This document shows, piece after piece, positions 6,789-13,960 of a stretch of DNA of 32,685 nucleotides. A program made the translations under genes and the position numbers. Positions within the stretch are counted from its first letter, which is position 1. Each line of letters starts with the position of its first letter. The notes under the pieces were generated by a model, which was given only the letters and a program-made list of their open reading frames with translations, made no database searches and was not told the DNA's origin. Source of the DNA: a virus; IMG/VR virus record IMGVR_UViG_3300007516_000004, positions 1 to 32,685 of that record. One strand, 5' to 3'.

Positions 6789-7920
6789 TGCTTTCTAATT
6801 TATTTTCTTCTTCAAAATCCTTAAACCAGGGTACCATTTCGGCATTAATCAAATCTAATACTTTTTTTAATCCGCTTGTTAAAATATCTCGCAAAGGATT
6901 TATTTTTTTACGGTACAAAATTTTTAATGCCATTGAATATTCCTCTGCATTGTTAGAAAAACCGCCACCGCCTTGATCACCACTAAATAAAATCTTTGGC
7001 ATGCCATGTGAAATTTGTAGTTTTCGTTCTGCTTCTTCAGTAAATGAAACATTTTGCTGATTTAATTCTGGAGGGCTTAATTGGTCAACCGTTACGCTTT
7101 CTTCTGCTGAATCGTTAAAGGAAACAATTACGTTGCTTTGATTTGAGCTACCTGTTGCCATCTTGCGCACCTTGTCGGCTTCTGCTTTTGCTGTTTCGGT
7201 TGTGGTTTGCCTACCTTGATTATAATTAATTATAGTCATCATTGATAAGCCATTTTTAAAATGATTTATCGCTGAATTTCCTAACTCGCCTTCAACTTTC
7301 GCCCATGGAATGCCACTAATATAAGTAGGTACAGGAAAGAACGGTTCTGATGTCGGGCTTCTGATTAACATTATTTCCAAATCATTGCCTTTATATTCGC
7401 CTGTAAAACTTGGATATAATTGCGGGCGGTATTTATATTTATTTTGCCAATCGTATGAAAACCAATATCCGTTTACTTCTAAGTTTTGCATGTCATAACG
7501 AATAGCCAATTTATAAACAGGTACGTATTTAATTCGTATTGGTTTTTTAGTTGATGAATCCCAAATGATTTGCAGTCCGCAACCTCCGTATATATATAAG
7601 TCTTGGCAAAGCAATAAAACATCTTCATTTGATATGTATTGTTTTAGATTTGTTTTCGTTAATTCGTTTATCAACCCTTCTCCGTACATGTAAGATACAT
7701 AATCATTGATGATGCTACTATTTGTCGGGCTGTCATCATAAGCGTCCTTATACGTTTTAAAATTGATATTATTTGGGCCATTAAGAATATAATCAATTCC
7801 TTGACGTGGTTTTATATCAATAGGCTGGAATGCTGAAAACCTTTCTGGCGTGGCTTCAAAAGCAAAGGTTTGTAAACCCTTATTAGTATTGGAATCTTCC
7901 GTTTTGGCTGCCATATTCAA
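6781..7920 (-). CDS. Portal protein
   Basis: 379 aa. Central WAKVEGELGNSAINHFKNG and C-terminal EEAERKLQISHGMPKILFSGDQGGGG resemble the wing/clip regions of HK97-type portals. Confidence 0.6.
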   Translation of the reverse strand: MNMAAKTEDSNTNKGLQTFAFEATPERFSAFQPIDIKPRQGIDYILNGPNNINFKTYKDAYDDSPTNSSIINDYVSYMYGEGLINELTKTNLKQYISNEDVLLLCQDLYIYGGCGLQIIWDSSTKKPIRIKYVPVYKLAIRYDMQNLEVNGYWFSYDWQNKYKYRPQLYPSFTGEYKGNDLEIMLIRSPTSEPFFPVPTYISGIPWAKVEGELGNSAINHFKNGLSMMTIINYNQGRQTTTETAKAEADKVRKMATGSSNQSNVIVSFNDSAEESVTVDQLSPPELNQQNVSFTEEAERKLQISHGMPKILFSGDQGGGGFSNNAEEYSMALKILYRKKINPLRDILTSGLKKVLDLINAEMVPWFKDFEEENKLESND

Positions 7921-8206
7921 AGTTTTGTGTGTTTGTTCCTGCTTTTAAAATTTGTATTTTACCCAAATATAATATTTCGTTTCCTTTTTTAAGTTCAAAC
8001 TCGTATTTATTTAAAATAGCAAAGTCTAAAGGTTGTTCTGTTATTGTAATTTCTAATTTTTGACCTACTGTAAAAGTAAAAGCAGGTGTTAAAATAGTAT
8101 TATCAATTTCTTTTCGTAAAGATAAAGTTAAAATATCATTTGGTAAAGGATATTTTCTAGGAATTAATGAAAATTTTAGTAAGGTATTTAAAAATAATAC
8201 TTTCAT
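7883..8206 (-). CDS. Hypothetical virion-module protein (107 aa)
   Basis: Track ORF. Confidence 0.45.
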   Translation of the reverse strand: MKVLFLNTLLKFSLIPRKYPLPNDILTLSLRKEIDNTILTPAFTFTVGQKLEITITEQPLDFAILNKYEFELKKGNEILYLGKIQILKAGTNTQNFEYGSQNGRFQY

Positions 8207-8214
8207 TTTTAAAA

Positions 8215-8246
8215 ATATATAAAAAAAGCCGTAACAAAGTACGGCT
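8215..8246 (-). terminator. Intrinsic terminator (bidirectional geometry)
   Basis: agccgta (8227..8233) / tacggct (8240..8246), 6-nt loop, A-run on one side and T-run on the other. The minus RNA ends ...GGCUUUUUUU. Confidence 0.65.
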
Positions 8247-8267
8247 TTCTTTTAGTTTTTTATTGAT

Positions 8268-8819
8268 TTAAACAGCTACCGCTTTGATTGCCGCTGCATA
8301 TTCGATTAACGCCGGAGCGGTTAATAAATAAGTCCTCGAAAAATCGGGTTCCATAGTTTGGAATGTAACAGTTACACCGTTTAAATCTCCAATTGTTCCG
8401 CCGGTCTGATCGTCTGCAGTTATTGCCATCGCTCCGTTTCGTGAGCCAGCAATAGTTACCGTGCCGTCTTTTCTTTCGATAAACAAAACAACTTCGCCGT
8501 CTAATAATTTAGTAACCTCTGCAATCGTTTTAACACCATCGCCAATTGGTACATTTAAGATAATAGGTAAGTTACCAGTAACTCCTTTGCTTCGGTTGTC
8601 TCCACCTGCAACACCGTTTTCTACATAGTTTGCCGTTGTTGCTTTTACTTCATAACGGTTTATAGATAAGGCTTCAAATGATGGTGCAATCGTAACAACT
8701 CCAGTAACCGTATTTACAACTCTTACTGCTGAATTATAAACTCCAATACCTATCGCTAATATACCTGCTTCGCCTGATGTACAGGCTAATTTTCTGCTTC
8801 CGCTTAATGATACACACAT
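8268..8819 (-). CDS. Structural protein (183 aa) bracketed by hairpins; major tail/tube or decoration protein candidate
   Basis: Beta-rich, Gly/Val/Thr-rich ORF between the hairpins at 8836..8855 and 8227..8246. Function not recognisable. Confidence 0.4.
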   Translation of the reverse strand: MCVSLSGSRKLACTSGEAGILAIGIGVYNSAVRVVNTVTGVVTIAPSFEALSINRYEVKATTANYVENGVAGGDNRSKGVTGNLPIILNVPIGDGVKTIAEVTKLLDGEVVLFIERKDGTVTIAGSRNGAMAITADDQTGGTIGDLNGVTVTFQTMEPDFSRTYLLTAPALIEYAAAIKAVAV

Positions 8820-8835
8820 ATTAATTTTATTTTAA

Positions 8836-8855
8836 AGGGAGGTTTTACCCTCCCT
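8836..8855. terminator. GC-rich hairpin after the capsid gene (partial terminator or RNA stabiliser)
   Basis: agggagg (8836..8842) / cctccct (8849..8855), 6-nt loop. The T-run (gtttattttt) is on the plus-strand side; the minus-strand side is only uuuaaaau. Confidence 0.45.
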
Positions 8856-8863
8856 GTTTATTT

Positions 8864-9886
8864 TTAGCCTACGTATAAAACGTTGAACTTTTGATTTGCA
8901 ACGTGTGCGCCAATTGTCATAATTGATTTGATAAACATATCTTCACGGTTCAAAGCGATTTTATCTATGTTCATCGTGTTGTTATCAGAAACTAGATCAG
9001 TATTCCAAAAAATATGAGACTTCAAAGCAACGATAACTACGTTGTTAGGTATTGGCACAAATTCGATAACTACACCGTTAAAGAAAAACTCGGTTGCTCC
9101 AGGGTTTACATCAAATGGTTTGTTAAAATCGGTAACTACATTGTTAGCCGCTACAATCATTTGCTTCAAGTTCTTTGGAGCGTAAATAATAGGCTTTTCA
9201 GTGTGGTCTAAAATTTCAGCTGGTATTGCTGCATATATTTTGTCAAATTCTGCCTTGATGTTTGCAGCGGTTAAAGTAGTACCTGCTACTTTAATTCTAG
9301 TTCCTAATCCAGCGACCTGACCTGCGTTAGAATTGTTGTAAATCATTTTAGTTACAACGCCATCAATCTGACTTGCTGTCAAAGCTGCTACCAATGTTTT
9401 TTCTGCTGCTCCTACCGATGCTTGACCTGTTCCATCGGTTAAAGCTGCTACTGCTGTTTTAGTCGCTGCTGTTGCACCTTTCCAAAACTCGTTTTCCAAC
9501 GCTAAAGAAATTTGCTTTGCGTAAATTCCACCAATAACAATGCGCTCAAATTCGCTTGACGTGTTATTGTAAGCACCTGCTGGCATATCTCTTTTGAAAC
9601 GTGTAAAACGCAAATTGTCGGGGCAAAATTCTTGGTAGAACATCCCTTTAGTTGGCGTAACCACGCTGTCAAATGCTGACAAAGTTCCTGCGCTTGTAGG
9701 GTCTCCACAAGTAAATTCCTGAAACGTTGCTGTTGCACTTGCTTCTATGAATATTGTTTCGGCTTTTACGTCCGTTTCAAATGTTACTAAACCTTTAGCG
9801 ATTGTTTGATTTTCAAAAAGTATCTCTTCGATAATCGGCTCGGCCGCTACGCCTTTGATTGCTACTGAATTATAAGTTATTGCCAT
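8864..9886 (-). CDS. Major capsid protein
   Basis: 340 aa. Follows the protease/scaffold gene and is followed by a strong hairpin. Size and composition are typical of HK97-fold capsids. Confidence 0.65.
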   Translation of the reverse strand: MAITYNSVAIKGVAAEPIIEEILFENQTIAKGLVTFETDVKAETIFIEASATATFQEFTCGDPTSAGTLSAFDSVVTPTKGMFYQEFCPDNLRFTRFKRDMPAGAYNNTSSEFERIVIGGIYAKQISLALENEFWKGATAATKTAVAALTDGTGQASVGAAEKTLVAALTASQIDGVVTKMIYNNSNAGQVAGLGTRIKVAGTTLTAANIKAEFDKIYAAIPAEILDHTEKPIIYAPKNLKQMIVAANNVVTDFNKPFDVNPGATEFFFNGVVIEFVPIPNNVVIVALKSHIFWNTDLVSDNNTMNIDKIALNREDMFIKSIMTIGAHVANQKFNVLYVG

Positions 9887-9902
9887 GATTTTTTATTATT
9901 TT

Positions 9903-10133
9903 TTATTTATTAGCTATTTTTTTTGCGAGTGCCTCAGCCTCTTTTTTTGCCTTTAATTCTGCTTTTTCTTCGTCCGTTAATTCCGGCTTTGATTTTTCAA
10001 AATCTTCTTTGCTTGCTTTTCCACTTTCAATAAGGTACTCCGCAATTTCGTCTGTTAGGTTTGTTTCGTCAATTCTGGTATTTCCACCAAAAGGACTAAT
10101 AAATAAACCCTCTTTTAATTTGTACTTTGCCAT
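9903..10133 (-). CDS. Hypothetical head-module protein (76 aa, Lys/Glu-rich C-terminus)
   Basis: Track ORF between the protease/scaffold and capsid genes. Confidence 0.45.
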   Translation of the reverse strand: MAKYKLKEGLFISPFGGNTRIDETNLTDEIAEYLIESGKASKEDFEKSKPELTDEEKAELKAKKEAEALAKKIANK

Positions 10134-10136
10134 ATT

Positions 10137-11057
10137 CTATTTATTAGCTCTAAATCTTTCTACTGGACTCATTTCCGCATAAGTCTTAACTTTCTCATTT
10201 GGCAGGTTTTTTAAAGCAATTGTTTCGGCTTTAAATGTTTCTAAGTCCGTAACTGCTTTTAATTTTTCGGCGCTCATTGTTTCAAGCGTTGTGCCATCCT
10301 CAACTGTTTTAGCTTGCATAACTGAAAGTTGTTCTTTGAGGTCTGCATTCTCTGCCATTACTGAATCGTATTTGGCTTGCAGTTCTGCCATCGGATCTGG
10401 AGCGTCTTCTGCAACTAATAATGGTTCATCTACCATTTTTTCTTCTTCAGGTGTTACCATAAAAACAGACTTAGCCGCTTCTATAACCTCTTGAATAAAT
10501 GACTTTTTTTCTTCCGTATTCATATTTATTTGATTTGTAATTTCGTAATCTAAAAATGCCTCAACTGAAAGTCCATCAACCTTACCAGTCTTAACAAAGT
10601 TCTCCCAAACATCTTGATTGTCTATTTTGTAGCCGATAATTAAATCGTCTTGCAAAACATCCTGCATCATTAATGTTTTAGATTTGTCAATCTCTGGATT
10701 GTTGACCATCCAACTTTCAATCGGATATACACCGTCTATTTTATCTTCGGAGTGATTAAGGTTCATCTTAACTAAACCCTTATTATTGCTTCTAAAATAT
10801 GACTGCTGTATCTGCTCAACCGTTTGCTTACTAAAAAAAACATTTGCAGGTTCTCCATTTACGTCCTTTCTAAAAATCATTTTATTAGGACGCATAGCAA
10901 CCGAGTAAATAATTCTCTTTTCTTCATTTGCAAAAAAGGTCGGAGTTTCAATTTCACTAGCAAAATGCGAAAGTTTAGTTTCTACTGCTGCACCAAATAC
11001 AAGCGAAAAACTTTCCACTTCGGTATTAGGTTTTAACTTAGCTTCATAAACTTTCAT
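10137..11057 (-). CDS. XkdF-like prohead protease / scaffold fusion
   Basis: AMRPNKMIFRKDVNGEPANVFFSKQTVEQIQQSYFRSN...MNLNHSED...YPIESWMV resembles PBSX XkdF (S78-type), and the C-terminal third is an acidic coiled coil. Start moved to ATG 11057 (MKVYEAKL) because the track N-terminus (to 11123) is hydrophobic and runs into the upstream terminator stem. Confidence 0.5.
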   Translation of the reverse strand: MKVYEAKLKPNTEVESFSLVFGAAVETKLSHFASEIETPTFFANEEKRIIYSVAMRPNKMIFRKDVNGEPANVFFSKQTVEQIQQSYFRSNNKGLVKMNLNHSEDKIDGVYPIESWMVNNPEIDKSKTLMMQDVLQDDLIIGYKIDNQDVWENFVKTGKVDGLSVEAFLDYEITNQINMNTEEKKSFIQEVIEAAKSVFMVTPEEEKMVDEPLLVAEDAPDPMAELQAKYDSVMAENADLKEQLSVMQAKTVEDGTTLETMSAEKLKAVTDLETFKAETIALKNLPNEKVKTYAEMSPVERFRANK

Positions 11058-11102
11058 GAAACAAAAATGAACATAAAAAAATAGGTAGGTCGAAATGTGG
11101 CA

Positions 11103-11139
11103 CACAAAAAAAACCACATACAAAATAATGCATGTGGTT
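11103..11139 (-). terminator. Intrinsic terminator closing the moron
   Basis: Minus RNA: AACCACAU (rc of 11132..11139) - 12-nt loop - AUGUGGUU (rc of 11112..11119) followed by UUUUUUUG. 21 nt after the stop of 11160..11354. Confidence 0.65.
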
Positions 11140-11159
11140 TAGAATATTAAGGTGTGTTT

Positions 11160-11354
11160 TTATTTTATTTTTAAAAATTGAATTTCTTTGCCGTTATCCA
11201 TTTGTTTATTGTAATCTAATTCAACACGCAAAGAGTTTAATATTTTACCTGCACTATTAGACAACTCTTTTGATAGATTTATAGTCATCTTTTTTTCTTT
11301 TGTTTTTTGATAGTTATCTAATAAGCTATCTCTTAGTTCTGTAATGTTTTGCAT
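11160..11354 (-). CDS. Hypothetical moron protein (64 aa)
   Basis: Track ORF. Overlaps the upstream ORF by 22 nt. Extremely AT-rich. Confidence 0.45.
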   Translation of the reverse strand: MQNITELRDSLLDNYQKTKEKKMTINLSKELSNSAGKILNSLRVELDYNKQMDNGKEIQFLKIK

Positions 11355-11824
11355 AATCTTATTGTCTTAATAATTAATCGTTTAACTTCTATTAATTCAG
11401 GTGTGATTTGTTCTTTTTTAAAACCGTTTTTATTTAACTGAATTTTTATATATCTATCGTCTGTTTTTTGACTTGATAATATAAATTTTTGAGATATTTT
11501 TTCTTTGTTATTTTGGTAATATTTTTCAGATATTTTTTTGCAAACTTTTGGTTTTTTAACCCGGTATAATCTTTGATATTTATTTATTTTATCTGGATTA
11601 TTTTTTTGGTATTGTTTAGCATAAAATAATCTATCATTATTATTTAATGAATAATAGTTTTTTGCTTTATTAAGTATTTTTTTTTTATTATTTAAGTAAT
11701 AAATACGCTTTAATATTCTTTCGCATATTATACAATATGTGTACAAACCATCTTTGTTTTGTTTATTTTTATTAAACAAAAATACATCCTTAAGCTCTAA
11801 ACATTTTTTACATTTTTTTTCCAT
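11333..11824 (-). CDS. Zinc-ribbon, Lys/Tyr/Asn-repeat protein (163 aa); probable DNA-binding moron product
   Basis: CxxC at residues 5/8 and 31/34. Repeated YY.NNK/KYYQNNKEK-type segments. C-terminal ITPELIEVKRLIIKTIRL. No nuclease catalytic motif seen. Confidence 0.5.
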   Translation of the reverse strand: MEKKCKKCLELKDVFLFNKNKQNKDGLYTYCIICERILKRIYYLNNKKKILNKAKNYYSLNNNDRLFYAKQYQKNNPDKINKYQRLYRVKKPKVCKKISEKYYQNNKEKISQKFILSSQKTDDRYIKIQLNKNGFKKEQITPELIEVKRLIIKTIRLCKTLQN

Positions 11825-11832
11825 TTTGTCTT

Positions 11833-11892
11833 ATAAATAAAAAACCTCTTTAGGTTTCATGTGCTTTGACTCACAATCCACCAAAAGAGGTT
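11833..11892 (-). terminator. Terminator-like hairpin in the P3 leader (possible attenuator)
   Basis: aacctcttt (11843..11851) / aaagaggtt (11884..11892): 9 bp, 32-nt loop. The minus RNA continues UUUUAUUUAUAA. It lies between the P3 -7 box (11938) and the ATG at 11824. Confidence 0.45.
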
Positions 11893-11937
11893 CTTTTAAA
11901 TTTTGTTTATGGCTTGATGTCAAAGTCAACCAATAAT

Positions 11938-11968
11938 CAAATATAAGATTTAACTTTGAAACTACAAA
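11938..11968 (-). promoter_or_regulatory. Promoter P3 (Bacteroidota -33/-7 type, with the AGTTTCAAA block)
   Basis: Minus strand: TTTG(11968..11965)-tagtttcaaagttaaatct-TATATTTG(11945..11938), 19-nt spacer. Confidence 0.7.
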
Positions 11969-11974
11969 ACAAAT

Positions 11975-12112
11975 CTACTTTTTATTAAAGTACTGAAACA
12001 ATACGTCCGATATTAATTCACTAATCGAGCATTCTTTTTTTTTGGCTTCATTTCGTAACTTCAAAACAAGCCACATTCTAGGGTAAGTAACCAATCTATT
12101 AGTTTTTGGCAT
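11975..12112 (-). CDS. Ribbon-helix-helix (CopG/Arc-like) small protein (45 aa)
   Basis: Below the track cutoff. The ATG overlaps the tape-measure stop (TAATG). MPKTNRLVTYPRMWLVLKLRNEAKKKECSISELISDVLFQYFNKK shows a beta-strand (RLVTYP), helix, turn, and SISELI...L..Y helix pattern. The stop is 7 nt from the P3 -33 box. Confidence 0.5.
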   Translation of the reverse strand: MPKTNRLVTYPRMWLVLKLRNEAKKKECSISELISDVLFQYFNKK

Positions 12113-13959
12113 TATATAGAATTAGAGTTTATTTTATTTCTATCCGCTGCTTGCGCTGTTGTAATTGTCTTGCTAACTACATACGCTTGTATTGGCGGTT
12201 GATTTGATGCGCTTGTAGAAACTGCTGTTGCTATTTGATTTTCTCTACTTGCTTGGAAATCTACTTGCGGTCTGGCAGTTGCTCCACCTCCGCCACCGCT
12301 ACCGTTCGGAGTGCTTCCGCTTAATCCACCACCTCCTCCGCCTAATGAACTCAAAGCTTTACCAGTACTTGCTATAATTGTGGCAATATTTAAACCTGCA
12401 TTTATTTTATTTGCAACTACTAATTTACCTGCCGCTAAAACTGATGCTCCAGCGGTAGGAATAGCTAAAGCTGCTCCCGATGCAACCGCTGCTGCGCTAG
12501 ACGCTGATGTCGCTGTTATTGTACGACCAATTGCTACCGCACTTTCTGCAATTAAAGCCGCCTTTTGCAATTTTTTATTTTTGCCTGCAAGCATACCAAA
12601 CAAATTCAAAGCTTTGTCTGTTATTGAAAATTTTGCAGCTTCTAAATCTTCCGCTAATTTCAACATTGACGCATCAACTGCTTTTTTATCTGCTGCGATT
12701 TTTTCGTCCGCAACCTTTTTTTCTTCGGCTCTTTTTAATTCCAGTTCCTTTTCTAAATTGCCGAATTTTTCAGCATTTAAAATAGTTAATTCAGCGGTGT
12801 CAATACCTTTTTTCTTTAGTATCTCAATCTCTTGGAACGCTCTTTCTTTTTGCCTAGCTAGTTTTTGTTCTTCGGTTTTATCTGCAAAATCTTCGTTTGT
12901 TTTTCTAATTGCATTTTCGGCATCGGCTCCTTCTTTTAATAGCGCAATCCTTGAATCTTCAATTAATTTAGCATCGGCAAGTCTTTTTGTTAATGCTTCT
13001 TTATTGAGTGATTTTTGCTCATTTCTTAAACTATTTTCATTAGCTAACTGCTCGGACTCTTGCCCTGAAATACGTTCTTGAATATCTGAAATTTGCAATA
13101 AAGCTGCTGCCCTTTCGTCAAGATTTGCGGAGCTTTTACCCTCTTGTTTAATCCTTAAATCTGAAACGCTTTTAGCTAAATTAGCAATCTTTAACTCTTC
13201 TTGCGCTTGTTGTTTTAATGTTCCGGCTAGCTGCTTATTAAGCTTAAAACGCTTTTCAATTGAATTACTTTCGTCATCCCTTTGTTGTCTTATTATTTCC
13301 GCTTTCTTTTGGAAATCTAATTGTATTTTATTGCTTTCACGTCTGGCTGCTGTTAGTTTATTTTCAGCATCGGCAAGGCTGCCACTTGCTTTGATATTAC
13401 TTGAAACTGCATTTGTTATATTTTGCAATCCGCTTGCAGCAGAATCTAATCCCAAAGCTCTTAATCCTTTTTGAATTAAAACCGAGGTTTCTATAATTGC
13501 ATTTCCTACTGTTTCAAAACCTTTAACAATACCATCAATTAGAAATGTAGCTACTGGCTGAAGTACCTTTAAAAGACCACTAAACAAGCCACTAATTACC
13601 GCAAGTCCTTTGCCTAATTTATTGCCTCCTTCTTCTGTTGATAAAAAAGATTTACCTAATAATGCAACAACTCCGACAATAACAGTTAAAACAGCACCTA
13701 TTGGATTTGCAACCAATAACCACATTTGTTTTAGCATTGCTTTGAAACCCGAAATTGCACCACCAATCGGGCCACCTAATTCCTCAAGTCCTCCGCCCAA
13801 ATCTTTAGTAGATTTTGATGCTTTCTTTTGCGCTCCCTCTACACCTTCAGTTGCTTTGGTTGTCTTATCTAACTTAGTAGTTACACCATCAACTTTACTG
13901 CCTATTGCATCTGCGTTCGTTTCAAAGGTAAGCTTGATTTTTTGTTCTTTATCTTCCAT
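12112..13959 (-). CDS. Tape-measure-like protein
   Basis: 615 aa. Hydrophobic segments (WLLVANPIGAVLTVIVGVVALLG), a long Lys/Glu/Ala coiled coil, and a C-terminal poly-Gly tract (GGGGGGLSGSTPNGSGGGGG). Confidence 0.7.
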   Translation of the reverse strand: MEDKEQKIKLTFETNADAIGSKVDGVTTKLDKTTKATEGVEGAQKKASKSTKDLGGGLEELGGPIGGAISGFKAMLKQMWLLVANPIGAVLTVIVGVVALLGKSFLSTEEGGNKLGKGLAVISGLFSGLLKVLQPVATFLIDGIVKGFETVGNAIIETSVLIQKGLRALGLDSAASGLQNITNAVSSNIKASGSLADAENKLTAARRESNKIQLDFQKKAEIIRQQRDDESNSIEKRFKLNKQLAGTLKQQAQEELKIANLAKSVSDLRIKQEGKSSANLDERAAALLQISDIQERISGQESEQLANENSLRNEQKSLNKEALTKRLADAKLIEDSRIALLKEGADAENAIRKTNEDFADKTEEQKLARQKERAFQEIEILKKKGIDTAELTILNAEKFGNLEKELELKRAEEKKVADEKIAADKKAVDASMLKLAEDLEAAKFSITDKALNLFGMLAGKNKKLQKAALIAESAVAIGRTITATSASSAAAVASGAALAIPTAGASVLAAGKLVVANKINAGLNIATIIASTGKALSSLGGGGGGLSGSTPNGSGGGGGATARPQVDFQASRENQIATAVSTSASNQPPIQAYVVSKTITTAQAADRNKINSNSI

Positions 13960-13960
13960 T

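Noticed and set aside
9502-9738. 78-aa minus-strand ORF nested in the capsid gene
   Set aside because: It is an alternative frame wholly inside the 340-aa capsid ORF. It is Gln/Leu-rich and low in complexity, with no independent signals.
11058-11123. N-terminal extension MYVVFFVCHISTYLFFYVHFCF of track ORF 10137..11123
   Set aside because: The extension is translated from the A/T-runs and stem of the moron terminator (11112..11139). An ATG at 11057 (MKVYEAKL...) gives a sensible start.
12311-13081. 256-aa plus-strand ORF, and all other plus-strand ORFs in the track (for example 525..770, 13610..13981, 15411..15707, 17071..17352)
   Set aside because: Each lies entirely antisense to a longer, motif-bearing minus-strand gene. 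The products are low-complexity Ser/Ala/Phe/Leu strings typical of shadow frames of AT-rich or repeat-rich genes. No promoter or coupling context supports them.
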